Part shown: positions 40,602 to 51,440 of the stretch, piece by piece | How the letters are laid out: each line of letters opens with the position of its first letter | How positions within the stretch are numbered: position 1 is the first letter of the stretch | NCBI GenBank assembly: GCA_001004105.1 | Contig: LCQK01000002.1 | Coordinates: forward strand, 347 to 64,346 | Direction of reading: 5' to 3' | DNA: 64,000 bases | From: Candidatus Jorgensenbacteria bacterium GW2011_GWB1_50_10 | GTDB taxonomy: Bacteria > Patescibacteriota > Minisyncoccia > UBA6257 > GWB1-50-10 | Notes under the pieces: generated by a model | Seen by the model: only the letters and a program-made list of their open reading frames with translations | Database searches by the model: none | What the model was told of the DNA's origin: nothing | Position numbers and translations under genes: made by a program

Positions 40602-40970
40602 CTAGGAGTGCAGGGAACTCCAGCGGCCTCGGCCGTAGGAAGCGGGGTATTTTTGAAATTTATTCCTTTTAGGAAATTTTGAGTAAATTTTCTTTTTATA
40701 ATTGAGTTTTTTCAGGCCGCGCTTGATGAAAATCACGGTTTTTCTCGCGACGTCAGCTTTCTTGCTAGTTTCTCTCAAGCTTTCACCCTGCTTCAGGAAA
40801 TAAAGAGCAGCCAATCTTTTTTCCAAAATGACTTTTTCTTCTTCGGTTAGGAATTTTGAAAGAAAATCCGCCGGGCCGGATTTCTTGGATTTTTCAACCT
40901 CGGCCCAGAAAATTTTCCAAATCTCCTTTCTCAATCCCTCGCTAAAATTTTTCCTATTAGTTCTCGGCAT
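40602..40970 (-). CDS. TrpR/YerC/YecD-like helix-turn-helix protein
   Basis: Block EEEKVILEKRLAALYFLKQGESLRETSKKADVARKTV. The start is set at the internal Met; the listed ORF extends to 41024. Confidence 0.55.
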   Translation of the reverse strand: MPRTNRKNFSEGLRKEIWKIFWAEVEKSKKSGPADFLSKFLTEEEKVILEKRLAALYFLKQGESLRETSKKADVARKTVIFIKRGLKKLNYKKKIYSKFPKRNKFQKYPASYGRGRWSSLHS

Positions 40971-40972
40971 GG

Positions 40973-40996
40973 GTGGTATACTTAAGTATACCACCG
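40973..40996. promoter_or_regulatory. Family-C palindrome variant GGTGGTATACTTAAGTATACCACC, abutting the start of the TrpR-like gene
   Basis: Perfect 24-nt dyad, 2 nt from the ATG. Confidence 0.5.
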
Positions 40997-41148
40997 GGGA
41001 TTGAAATAGGAAGTGGCTGGGCATAAAATTGACAAAGGTATTAATATTTGACTGGGGGCAGACGCTTTACGGCGGTTTTCCCCAAGTATTCGGAGAAAAT
41101 TAAAAAAATACGGCCTCATTGTGATAGAGTTGTGATAAAATTAATACA

Positions 41149-41673
41149 ATGACTCCTGCGCAAAAGCGGATAACGGTGCAAGTTTCCATTGCTTTGGGGA
41201 TTGTGGGCGTTTTGGTTGCAGGTCTCATTTTTTTCGGTTTTAACATCAAAAACCTCACCCAAAAAATCGTGGCGGCAAGGGAAGAGCTTGCGTTGAGAAC
41301 GGTGGCTCTCCAATCGCTTGCAACGTTGCGGGCCGATTACACGAGCAAGGCCGAGGCCTATTTGAACGTTTTGCACAACATCATTCCCCAGAAAGACGAG
41401 CTTATAGACCTTTCCAAAGATTTCCAGACGATTGCTTCGGCATCGGGATTGGAATACGGCTTCACATTTTTGGGGGAGAATCCGCCAGCTGCCGGCGCCC
41501 TGGGTTCGGTGAAGTTCGGCTTGAAACTGGGCGGCACTCTAAATAAGCTTCTGGAGTTCCTGAAAAATATCCAAAATTTCCGTTATCTTGTCCAAGTGGA
41601 GAGCGTTTCTATTTTCCGGGAAGAATCAATGATGAGAATGAACTTGAGCGGCAGTGTTTATTTTAGACAATAA
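41149..41673 (+). CDS. PilO-like type IV pilus assembly protein (tentative)
   Basis: N-terminal TM, coiled coil, then a C-terminal domain with PilO-like spacing. Confidence 0.4.
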   Translation: MTPAQKRITVQVSIALGIVGVLVAGLIFFGFNIKNLTQKIVAAREELALRTVALQSLATLRADYTSKAEAYLNVLHNIIPQKDELIDLSKDFQTIASASGLEYGFTFLGENPPAAGALGSVKFGLKLGGTLNKLLEFLKNIQNFRYLVQVESVSIFREESMMRMNLSGSVYFRQ

Positions 41674-41917
41674 AATGAAAATCAATTTAGGATTTCTTTC
41701 AAAATTAAAGAATAAAAAACCATCCCGCGGCGGCAGTAAGCAATTCACCTTCATCGCCCTCGCTTTCGTGATGCTCGTTGTGGTCGCGCTTTTCGTTATT
41801 TACAGTTTCACCTTTCTTATTTCGGAGTTTAATGACGTTTCCGGACAACAGATTTCGCCGCCGCCGGTGCCACGATTTGACATTCAGGGTTTCGAAAAGC
41901 TAGATTTGACTAAGTAA
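41654..41917 (+). CDS. Hypothetical small membrane protein
   Basis: One TM segment; overlaps the upstream gene's end. Confidence 0.35.
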   Translation: MFILDNKMKINLGFLSKLKNKKPSRGGSKQFTFIALAFVMLVVVALFVIYSFTFLISEFNDVSGQQISPPPVPRFDIQGFEKLDLTK

Positions 41918-41922
41918 TCACC

Positions 41923-41994
41923 GGGTGACTAGTTCAGTGGTAGAACGCTGTCCTGATAAGACAGAGGTCGCAGGTTCGATTCCTGCGTCACCCA
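41923..41994 (+). tRNA. tRNA-Ile (anticodon GAT); no CCA encoded
   Basis: Cloverleaf: acceptor GGGTGAC/GTCACCC, D stem GTTC/GAAC, anticodon stem CTGTC/GACAG with loop CTGATAA, T arm GCAGG-TTCGATT-CCTGC. Confidence 0.85.
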
Positions 41995-42001
41995 CTATTT
42001 T

Positions 42002-42694
42002 ATGGTTTCCGTTATTTACGAGGATGAGAATTTTATTGGTCTTTCAAAACCGGCCGGCGTTTTGGTTCACAAAACCGCAAAAAACGAGCAGGAAGAAACG
42101 GTAGCGGATTGGCTGGTTAACCGTTACCCGGAAGTGAAAAGCGTCGGGGATGCGCCGGGGGTCCGGCCAGGGCTGGTTCACCGATTAGACAAAGAAACTT
42201 CCGGAGTTCTCGTCGTTGCCCGAAACCAAAATAGCTTCAAGTATCTGAAAGGCCTTTTTCAAGAGCACAAAATTATCAAAAAATATGTTGCCCTTGTGCA
42301 CGGCAAACTTGAAGGAAACGGCGTGATTAACGTGCCGATAGGACTGAAACCCGGGACGGTAAAAAGAAGTGTGCGGGCCAAGAACATGAAGATGGTTAAG
42401 GAAGCGGTAACGGAATACAGAGTCCTGAAAAACTTTGAAAAAAGCGGCGAATTTTTCACTTTGGTCGAACTTATTCCTAAAACCGGTCGGACTCACCAAT
42501 TGCGGGTTCATTTGGCGAGCATTTATCATCCGGTTGTGGGGGATATACTTTATGGTCCGAAGAATAATTCCTTGGGCATGAAACGGCAATTTTTACACGC
42601 CAACTCATTAGAATTCGTGAACCAGGAAGGTGCCCGTCTCAGGTTAGAAGCGGGGTTACCCCGGGAACTTGAAGAAACTCTTTCAGCTCTTTAA
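42002..42694 (+). CDS. Pseudouridine synthase, RluA/RluD family
   Basis: HRLDKETSGVLV catalytic-Asp motif. Confidence 0.88.
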   Translation: MVSVIYEDENFIGLSKPAGVLVHKTAKNEQEETVADWLVNRYPEVKSVGDAPGVRPGLVHRLDKETSGVLVVARNQNSFKYLKGLFQEHKIIKKYVALVHGKLEGNGVINVPIGLKPGTVKRSVRAKNMKMVKEAVTEYRVLKNFEKSGEFFTLVELIPKTGRTHQLRVHLASIYHPVVGDILYGPKNNSLGMKRQFLHANSLEFVNQEGARLRLEAGLPRELEETLSAL

Positions 42695-42695
42695 T

Positions 42696-42731
42696 AACTA
42701 TTTTCTTATTCGCGCGAATAAGAAAATAGTT
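42696..42731. repeat. Perfect 36-nt palindrome AACTATTTTCTTATTCGC|GCGAATAAGAAAATAGTT immediately after the rluD stop
   Basis: Seen directly; a T-run follows 10 nt later. Confidence 0.5.
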
Positions 42732-42773
42732 AGAATTTGACTTTTTTATCCAAGAAATTATCATTACTCCATA

Positions 42774-43094
42774 ATGATTCCAACTGAAGTTTTAGAAAAA
42801 ATTAGGCCCGGCGCGCGGGTGAGAGTTTGGGAACGTATTAAAGAAGGGGATAAGGAGCGGCAAAGCGCTTTTGAAGGCATCGTTTTGGCGCGCAAGCATG
42901 GGGATGAGGCGGGCGCGACTTTCACCGTCCGGGCCATTTTGCAGGAAGTGGGCGTTGAGAAAGTTTATCCCGTTCATTCGCCGGTTATCGCGAAAGTGGA
43001 GGTTATTTCCAGCCCGAAAAAAGTAAGCCGCGCCAAGCTTTATTTTTTGAGGAAGCTTTCGCCTAAGAGAGTGGCGGAGAAACTAAAGATTTAG
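42774..43094 (+). CDS. rplS: 50S ribosomal protein L19
   Basis: L19-like sequence. Confidence 0.92.
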   Translation: MIPTEVLEKIRPGARVRVWERIKEGDKERQSAFEGIVLARKHGDEAGATFTVRAILQEVGVEKVYPVHSPVIAKVEVISSPKKVSRAKLYFLRKLSPKRVAEKLKI

Positions 43095-43182
43095 ATTTCA
43101 TTAGATTCCGATCCCCACAGTCTTTTTTATTTCATTATATTTGGTATACGCTATAAACTTGAGGTATGATATAATAAGAAAA

Positions 43183-43848
43183 ATGGGGAAAAGGGGACCG
43201 AAGCCGAAAAGAAAGGTGGAAATCAGATGGTCGCCGGAATTTGCTTATGCCCTCGGGCTTTTGGCTACCGATGGGAATCTTTCTTCGGATGGCCGGCACC
43301 TTGATCTCACTTCTCAAGATAAAGAACAGCTTTTGAATTTTATGAAATGTCTTAGGATCAAGGTGGAAATTGGTTATAAAACTTCCGGGTTGAGCGGAGA
43401 AAGAACAGCCCGGGTTCAGTTCGGAGATGTCAATTTTTATAAATTTTTATTAAACATCGGTTTTTCACCCAACAAGTCGAAAACCATAGGGAGATTGGAT
43501 ATTCCGGATAAGTATTTCTTTGATTTTCTCCGAGGTCATTTTGACGGCGACGGTACTTTTTATTCTTATTGGGATCCGCGCTGGAGGTCGAGTTTTATGT
43601 TTTACACGGTTTTCATTTCGGCCAGCAAAGGTCATATTCAGTGGTTGAGAAAAAAAATTAATGAAACGTTGCCTATAAAGGGGCACATAACCAAGAGTAA
43701 AACCCAATCCACTTATAATCTTAAATACGCTAAAAGAGAATCATTAAAATTACTGAAAAAAGTTTATTATTCTCATAAAGTAATTTGCCTTTCTCGCAAA
43801 CGTTTGAAGATTGAAAAAGCTTTGGCTATAATGGGAGCGAAGCTATAA
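43183..43848 (+). CDS. LAGLIDADG homing endonuclease (double-motif, free-standing)
   Basis: Motifs LGLLATDGNLS and LRGHFDGDGTF; AT-rich; TATAAT about 10 nt upstream. The listed ORF starts at TTG 43141. Confidence 0.75.
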   Translation: MGKRGPKPKRKVEIRWSPEFAYALGLLATDGNLSSDGRHLDLTSQDKEQLLNFMKCLRIKVEIGYKTSGLSGERTARVQFGDVNFYKFLLNIGFSPNKSKTIGRLDIPDKYFFDFLRGHFDGDGTFYSYWDPRWRSSFMFYTVFISASKGHIQWLRKKINETLPIKGHITKSKTQSTYNLKYAKRESLKLLKKVYYSHKVICLSRKRLKIEKALAIMGAKL

Positions 43849-43849
43849 T

Positions 43850-43934
43850 GCCCAGGTGGCGGAACTGGAATACGCGTGCGTTCGAGGGGCGCATGCCGCA
43901 AGGCTTGCGGGTTCAAATCCCGCCCTGGGCACCA
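43850..43934 (+). tRNA. tRNA-Leu, type II with a long variable arm; anticodon most likely GAG; CCA encoded
   Basis: Acceptor GCCCAGG/CCTGGGC; T arm GCGGG-TTCAAAT-CCCGC; 13-nt variable arm; discriminator A. Alignment to canonical tRNA-Leu(GAG) puts GAG at positions 34-36 but gives C at position 33. A reading as Ser-CGA would need a G-G mismatch in the anticodon stem. Confidence 0.7.
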
Positions 43935-44001
43935 GTAAGGAATTTGCAAGCAAGAAACGAATTGGCGGTTTCGTTTGGGGGAAAGAAAAATTTTTAATCA
44001 T

Positions 44002-44451
44002 ATGGAAACAGAAAATACAACTTTCAGTTATGCTGGCTTTTGGAAAAGATTTGCCGCTTTTATCATAGATATGTTTATCGTGTCTATCGGTGGCTTTATT
44101 ATTGGTTTTATATTCGGAGTTCCCTACGATGTTCTCACTGGTAAAGCCGAGTTCGCTGGATTTGCCGAAGATTATATTCTTAGTTTCATTTTGAGTTTTT
44201 TGCTTGTTTGGATTTACCAAGCAGTTATGGAAAGTTCTTCTAAACAAGCGACTCTTGGCAAAATGGCTCTTGGAATAATAGTTACTGATTTGTCTGGCAA
44301 GCGTGTATCTTTCGGAAAGGCATCGGGTCGCTACTTTGGGCAGATACTTTCCGGGTTTATCCTCGGCATAGGATTTCTCATGATTGCTTTTACTGCAAGA
44401 AAACAGGGGCTTCACGATAAAATGGCTGGTTGTCTTGTTGTGAATAAATAA
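44002..44451 (+). CDS. RDD-family membrane protein
   Basis: Blocks FWKRFAAFIIDMFI and ATLGKMALGI...GLHDKMAGCLVV are typical of RDD. Confidence 0.65.
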   Translation: METENTTFSYAGFWKRFAAFIIDMFIVSIGGFIIGFIFGVPYDVLTGKAEFAGFAEDYILSFILSFLLVWIYQAVMESSSKQATLGKMALGIIVTDLSGKRVSFGKASGRYFGQILSGFILGIGFLMIAFTARKQGLHDKMAGCLVVNK

Positions 44452-44831
44452 TGTTTCCATATCGCCGATTTTTATTTCCCCGAGAAGACTATCCGGAAAA
44501 TTGGGACGAATTGAGAAAAGCGGTTTATCGCAGAGACGGATGGCAATGTCAGCAGTGCGGTGCTAGAAATATCCAACTCCACGCCCACCACCAAACTCCG
44601 TTGTCTGCGGGTGGCTCTAACGACATGAGCAACCTGATTACTCTTTGTAAAAATTGTCATATTGATGACCATCCGCACATGTGGTGGGGTAGGTGGAAAG
44701 AAAACAATCCCCAAACCGTTCTCGCACTTCGTATTATTGTTCTCGCCATAGCAATCTCGTTACTTATAATATCTGGCTTTAGTTGGTGGAAAGTTATAAT
44801 TTTAATAATTGTACTTCGACCTTTATTCTGA
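44451..44831 (+). CDS. HNH endonuclease domain protein with a C-terminal transmembrane anchor
   Basis: Block CQQCG...LHAHHQ...NL..LCKNCH, followed by a hydrophobic LALRIIVLAIAISLLIISGFSWWKVIILIIV tail. Confidence 0.65.
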   Translation: MFPYRRFLFPREDYPENWDELRKAVYRRDGWQCQQCGARNIQLHAHHQTPLSAGGSNDMSNLITLCKNCHIDDHPHMWWGRWKENNPQTVLALRIIVLAIAISLLIISGFSWWKVIILIIVLRPLF

Positions 44832-44844
44832 TTTAATATGAATT

Positions 44845-44932
44845 GCCGCCAAAGAAAAACTTGAAATTGTCAGCGGTGCGGCTCTGCCGCCAAAGAAAAA
44901 CTTGAAATTGTCAGCGGTGCGGCTCCGCCGCC
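44845..44932. repeat. 41-nt tandem direct repeat x2.1 (GCCGCCAAAGAAAAACTTGAAATTGTCAGCGGTGCGGCTCY) upstream of gyrB
   Basis: Seen directly; the units differ at one position. Confidence 0.8.
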
Positions 44933-45106
44933 TTTCCGAATTTTCACGGGGGGATTTCCTCGCCGCCGCAGGCGGCGAAATGCGTTCGGACTAATTCAAG
45001 AATACTGCACAAATAGAAAGGCCTCTGGGCCGTTTTTGCTCAGATTTTACGCTTGTTTTTGGCCCTAAATATGGTAAAATTAAAGAGCCCGTAAGAGGGG
45101 CTTTTT

Positions 45107-47029
<1,923 letters not shown>

Positions 47030-47057
47030 CAGCATAATTTTGCAGAATAAGACGACC

Positions 47058-47243
47058 ATGATAGGCAGGATTAAAAACTTTTTTGAGGAGTCCCGGCGCG
47101 AGTTCAAGCGCGTCAATTGGCCGAGCCGCGCTGAAACGACCCGCTACACGATTTTCGTGGTCGTTTTCTCCATTATTTTGGCTGCTTTTCTCGGGTTTTT
47201 GGATTTCGCCTTCTTGAAGGGACTGGAAAATTTGATTTTATAA
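47058..47243 (+). CDS. secE: Preprotein translocase subunit SecE
   Basis: Single-TM protein with a conserved FF.E...E..KV.WP block. The internal Met is taken as the start. Confidence 0.75.
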   Translation: MIGRIKNFFEESRREFKRVNWPSRAETTRYTIFVVVFSIILAAFLGFLDFAFLKGLENLIL

Positions 47244-47244
47244 C

Positions 47245-47781
47245 ATGACCGACAAGAACAGACATTGGTACGCGATTCACACTTACGCCGGCTACGAGGA
47301 CGCCGTCTCCCGCTACTTGAAGCAGCGCATAGAGTCGCTCGCCATGACCGACAAGATTTTCAGCGTCATCGTTCCGAAAGAGGTGAAAATCAAAGTGAAA
47401 AGCGGCAAGCGGCATAAGGTGGAGGAAAAAATCTACCCCGGCTACGTGCTTGTGGATATGATTCTGGACAATGATTCTTGGTACGTGGTGCGCAACACCC
47501 CGCGCGTCACGGGATTTGTGGGGGCGAGCGCCGCCAAACCCACGCCGCTTTCCAAGGAAGAGGTGGACGAACTGATGACACGGATGGGGGAGGCCGAACC
47601 GCGCTTCAAGCTTGACTTGAAGGTGAACGAAACGGTAAAAATCATTGACGGGCCTTTTAAGGAGCATGACGCCAAGATCGCCGAGATCGACGAGGAACGA
47701 GGAAAGGTGAAAGTGCTTGTGCCGATATTCGGCCGCGACACCGTGGTGGAATTAGACACATTACAGGTTCAGAAGATATAA
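47245..47781 (+). CDS. nusG: Transcription termination/antitermination factor NusG
   Basis: NGN and KOW domains (WYAIHTYAGYE). Confidence 0.93.
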   Translation: MTDKNRHWYAIHTYAGYEDAVSRYLKQRIESLAMTDKIFSVIVPKEVKIKVKSGKRHKVEEKIYPGYVLVDMILDNDSWYVVRNTPRVTGFVGASAAKPTPLSKEEVDELMTRMGEAEPRFKLDLKVNETVKIIDGPFKEHDAKIAEIDEERGKVKVLVPIFGRDTVVELDTLQVQKI

Positions 47782-47805
47782 TAAAGGCTGAAAAGAAATA
47801 ATTTT

Positions 47806-48294
47806 ATGGGAAAAGAAAGATACGAACCAATACCAGAAGAAATGCAAAAAGCTGAAAGCTCAATGGAGAGAGTGCAACAAGAACTTTCGAAAATTAGAGA
47901 GAGATATTATGCAGAAAGATTGGAGATAGCTCAGAGAGAGGGTATTCCTCCTGAAGTCTTAGAAGAAACATTTTTGACACTTGATAAGACTCACGATGGA
48001 GGGGAAGACAAAGAATGGCAGTTTATACGCGGAAAAATAAAAAATCTGAGAGTTTCCGGAAGTAGACCAGAAAAAGGATTTACTGTGTATGTTGATATTG
48101 ATGGCAAACAAATGCCGATGAGCGACGCTGGACTTTTTTGGGGAAAATTTGGGGATTTAGCTAAATCTTTTTCTGAAGAACAAGAGCAGGTAGAGGAGGC
48201 ATTGCAAAAAGATTGGGAGACGATAGAAAAAGGGGAGGCGTCACAAGCGGAAGCCGAACAAGCAAAAGAACTTTTGAGAGACATTCTAGACTAG
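47806..48294 (+). CDS. Hypothetical acidic protein inserted between nusG and rplK (AT-rich)
   Basis: 162 aa, Glu-rich, about 38% GC, in a site that is normally contiguous. Confidence 0.45.
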   Translation: MGKERYEPIPEEMQKAESSMERVQQELSKIRERYYAERLEIAQREGIPPEVLEETFLTLDKTHDGGEDKEWQFIRGKIKNLRVSGSRPEKGFTVYVDIDGKQMPMSDAGLFWGKFGDLAKSFSEEQEQVEEALQKDWETIEKGEASQAEAEQAKELLRDILD

Positions 48295-48331
48295 TTACGG
48301 GTTTAGCGAAGTCGTAAAAATTTGTATATTA

Positions 48332-48760
48332 GTGAAGCTTATGAAACCAATCAAAACAACAATTAAATTGCAACTGCCAGCCGGAGCGGCCAATCCCGCC
48401 CCGCCCGTGGGCACCGCCCTGGGGCCGCATGGCGTAAACATCGGGCTTTTCTGTCAGCAGTTTAATGAGGCGACCAAAGCAATGGCTGGTGACATCATTC
48501 CGGCGGAGATCACGATTTACGAAGACCGGAGTTTTGACTTCAAACTGAAAACCCCGCCCGCTTCGGCGCTTTTAGAGAAAGCCGCCGGCATCGAAAAGGG
48601 TTCAGCCGAGCCCCACAAGACCAAGGTGGGTAAGGTGACCAGGGCGCAAATCCGCGAAATCGCTGAGAAGAAGATGGTGGATTTGAACGCCAATTCCTTG
48701 GAAGCCGCCGAGAAGATAATTGAAGGAACAGCAAGGCAGATGGGGATTGTGGTAGAGTAA
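48332..48760 (+). CDS. rplK: 50S ribosomal protein L11
   Basis: L11-like sequence. Confidence 0.94.
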   Translation: MKLMKPIKTTIKLQLPAGAANPAPPVGTALGPHGVNIGLFCQQFNEATKAMAGDIIPAEITIYEDRSFDFKLKTPPASALLEKAAGIEKGSAEPHKTKVGKVTRAQIREIAEKKMVDLNANSLEAAEKIIEGTARQMGIVVE

Positions 48761-48768
48761 AGAGTAAT

Positions 48769-49347
48769 ATGGTTCTTTCCGACAAGGACATAAAAAAATA
48801 CATTCAGGAAGGGAAAATAAACATCTCTCCCGCACCCGATTTTGAAAAACAGCTGGGTTCTTGTTCGCTCGACCTCCATCTCGGGGAAATTTTCAAAATT
48901 TTCAAATCCTCCCAGTACCCCTATTTGGATTTGAAGCAGAACGTCAACTTTGAAGGGCTAATGGAAGAAGTTCGGGTGGATAAGGAAGGCGGCGCTTTCG
49001 TTCTCCAGCCCAAAGGTTTCGTGCTCGCCGTCACCAAGGAATCCTTTGAGCTTCCGGACGACATTATGGGCCGACTTGACGGAAGGAGTTCTTTGGGGAG
49101 ATTGGGAGTAGTGGTTCATTCAACAGCCGCGCGTTTTGACCCCGGCTGGAAGGGGAAAGCGGTAATGGAATTGGGCAATCTCGGCATCATGCCGGTGGTT
49201 CTTTATTCCGGTATGAGAATTTGCGCCCTTACTTTTGAGATGCTTTCTTCGCCTTCGGAAGTTCCTTACGGTAAAGGAAAAGACAGCAAGTACCTTTCCC
49301 AAGAAGGACCGCAGGCAACCAAAGTTGACGAGGAATTACGGGGCTAA
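48769..49347 (+). CDS. dcd: dCTP deaminase
   Basis: dUTPase-fold dCTP deaminase sequence. Confidence 0.82.
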   Translation: MVLSDKDIKKYIQEGKINISPAPDFEKQLGSCSLDLHLGEIFKIFKSSQYPYLDLKQNVNFEGLMEEVRVDKEGGAFVLQPKGFVLAVTKESFELPDDIMGRLDGRSSLGRLGVVVHSTAARFDPGWKGKAVMELGNLGIMPVVLYSGMRICALTFEMLSSPSEVPYGKGKDSKYLSQEGPQATKVDEELRG

Positions 49348-50315
49348 AGGCTCGCGTGGAGTTTTTTGTTGTAACCGCCGGCCACCGTCAGTTCGCCTTT
49401 GATGGGCGGATGGGGATCATACCTTTCGAGGGTTACGTGCTCGGGGCGGAAGTCGTCAAGGTTTTTGACGGCGTCCGCAATCTTAATCGTAGGGAAGGTT
49501 TTTGGTTCCCGCGTGAGTTGCTCGCGTGCTTGTTCCAGGTGGTTTTCGTAGATGTGAACGTCGCCGAAGGTATGGGTGAATTCGCCGGGTTCAAGATTTG
49601 TCACTTTCGCGAGGACGTGGAGGAGAAGGGCGTAGCTTGCAATATTAAAAGGAACTCCGAGGAAGATATCGGCGGTTCGCTGATAGAGTTGGAGGCAAAG
49701 CCGGCCGTCTTTGACGTTTAGCTGGTACATGTTGTGGCAGATGGGGAATCGGGACGCCTCTTCCGGACGAGCCATCGCGTAGAGATATTCCGGATTCCAC
49801 GAGTTTACTATCGCGTTGTGACAATCGGGATCTTTTTTGATTTCGCTCACCACCCAGGCGAGCTGGTCAATTTCGCGACCGTCTTTGGCGGGCCAGCGCC
49901 GCCACATTTCGCCGTAGATGCGCGGGAGCTCGCCGTGCACTTTAGCGAAGTCGGCGTCTTTCCCGATGCGGTCAATGAAATCTTCTTTTGTCATATCCTC
50001 CGCTTCCCTTCGTTCAACGAGCTCCCGATAAATTTTATAGGGGTAGTCGTCCCAGATGTGGACACCATTATCAACGAGATATTTAATGTTGGTTCCTCCG
50101 GAATAGAACCAGTAAAGTTCGTGGAGCACGCCTTTCCAATACACTTTTTTCGTCGTAAGGAGCGGGAAACCGTCTTTCATGTCAAAACGGATTTGCCGAC
50201 CGAAGACGCTGTAAGTGGAGACGCCCGTGCCCTTATCAACCTGCTTTATGCCTTTGTCCAGGATTTCTTGGAGAAGGTTCAAATATTGATATTCAGGGTG
50301 TTGGGAATTATTCAT
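49344..50315 (-). CDS. thyA: Thymidylate synthase ThyA
   Basis: Blocks SWNP...PCH-equivalent...DIFLGVPFNIASYALL. The internal Met is chosen as the start; the listed ORF extends to 50408. Confidence 0.85.
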   Translation of the reverse strand: MNNSQHPEYQYLNLLQEILDKGIKQVDKGTGVSTYSVFGRQIRFDMKDGFPLLTTKKVYWKGVLHELYWFYSGGTNIKYLVDNGVHIWDDYPYKIYRELVERREAEDMTKEDFIDRIGKDADFAKVHGELPRIYGEMWRRWPAKDGREIDQLAWVVSEIKKDPDCHNAIVNSWNPEYLYAMARPEEASRFPICHNMYQLNVKDGRLCLQLYQRTADIFLGVPFNIASYALLLHVLAKVTNLEPGEFTHTFGDVHIYENHLEQAREQLTREPKTFPTIKIADAVKNLDDFRPEHVTLERYDPHPPIKGELTVAGGYNKKLHASL

Positions 50316-50327
50316 GTTCCGGATTCT

Positions 50328-50344
50328 GTGATAGTATATCACAC
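50328..50344. promoter_or_regulatory. Inverted repeat TGTGATA-GTA-TATCACA in the divergent thyA / DHFR-like intergenic region
   Basis: Seen directly, between the two divergent starts. Confidence 0.45.
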
Positions 50345-50346
50345 AT

Positions 50347-50840
50347 TGAAAGCGTTCATTATTGCGGCTTTGACCGCCGACGGATTTATCGCCAAGGATG
50401 CCCGCCATCCGGCTTTTTGGACGAGCAAAGAGGACAAGAAATTTTTTGCGGAAATGACGAAGAAGGCGGGGGTGGTTATTATGGGTCGGACGACCTACGA
50501 AACCATCGGGAGGCCGCTCAAGGACAGGTTAAATATTGTTTATTCTCGGCAAGGAGGAAATTATCCCGGCGTTGAAGTGACAGCTGAAGGGCCGGCCGAA
50601 CTCTTTAAAAACTTAGAAGCACGAGGTTACAGCGAAGCTGCAATTATGGGGGGCTCCTCCATTTATACGATGTTTATGGCCTCCGGTATGGTTCAAAAAC
50701 TCTATTTGACGGTGTCCCCGCTCGTCTTCGGACAGGGAGTAAATCTCTTCAGTAAGGCGTTTGAGAAAAAACTTAAGTTGGAATCGGTGGAAAAACTTGG
50801 CGAGGAAACCGTTTTAATGGAGTACAGTATAATAAATTAG
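50347..50840 (+). CDS. Dihydrofolate reductase-like (RibD C-terminal domain family) reductase; TTG start
   Basis: Block IIAALTADGFIA...VVIMGRTTYE..G.PL..R...V.S is the DHFR/RibD_C pattern. The listed ORF 49734..50840 is an artefactual fusion. Confidence 0.55.
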
Positions 50841-50842
50841 CC

Positions 50843-51382
50843 ATGGTATTGGGAATTGAAGAACTTCATAGACTGGTTAAGGAAAATAATCTAGTGGAGG
50901 GACTTTCCAAGCGCGAGCTGGAGAATCCCGAGGGGGCGGGTTTTGACTTGCGGATAGGCGGGCTCTATGAGATGTCCGGGGGCGGCTTTTTGGGCGTGGA
51001 GAAGCGCGAGACGCCGGAGGTGAAGCTAATCGCCGAGTATAAAGAGGGGGAAACAAAAACAGTGGCGCTTCAGCCACACACCTATTACCTTATGAGAACC
51101 GTGGAGAAAGTGAATCTGCCGGAGAGTCTCTTGGCCATCATGACGCCCCGTTCCACCTTGTTCCGTTCGGGAATCTACATTTTTGGAGGCCAGGTCGCTC
51201 CTGGTTACAGCGGCGAGCTCTATTTGGGAATTTACAATTTTAGAGACGCCAAATTTGAAATGGAGATGGGTTCTCGCGTTTTGCACATCATGTTTTTTGA
51301 AGTGAAAGGCAAGGGAAACATGTACAGAGGGCAGTGGCAGGGAGGAAGAGTCGCTACAAACGAAAGAGAAACTCAAGTTTAG
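50843..51382 (+). CDS. dCTP deaminase/dUTPase family protein (second copy)
   Basis: dUTPase-fold sequence; paralogous to 48769..49347. Confidence 0.65.
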   Translation: MVLGIEELHRLVKENNLVEGLSKRELENPEGAGFDLRIGGLYEMSGGGFLGVEKRETPEVKLIAEYKEGETKTVALQPHTYYLMRTVEKVNLPESLLAIMTPRSTLFRSGIYIFGGQVAPGYSGELYLGIYNFRDAKFEMEMGSRVLHIMFFEVKGKGNMYRGQWQGGRVATNERETQV

Positions 51383-51399
51383 ATTTTTGAAATGAAAAC

Positions 51400-51422
51400 A
51401 GGACAGCAACTAATGCTGTCCT
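51400..51422. terminator. Convergent terminator hairpin AGGACAGC-N7-GCTGTCCT
   Basis: Lies between the + gene ending at 51382 and the - gene ending at 51441. Confidence 0.5.
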
Positions 51423-51440
51423 GGCCGACTTTCTGGTCGG

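Noticed and set aside
44845-44932. Possible CRISPR array
   Set aside because: There are only about 2 copies of a 41-nt unit with no spacers between them; it is a tandem duplication, not a CRISPR array. No cas genes are present in the window.
49734-50346. N-terminal 200 aa of the listed ORF 49734..50840
   Set aside because: It is antisense to thyA and reads into the DHFR-like gene only because no stop intervenes. The DHFR-like homology begins at the TTG codon at 50347.
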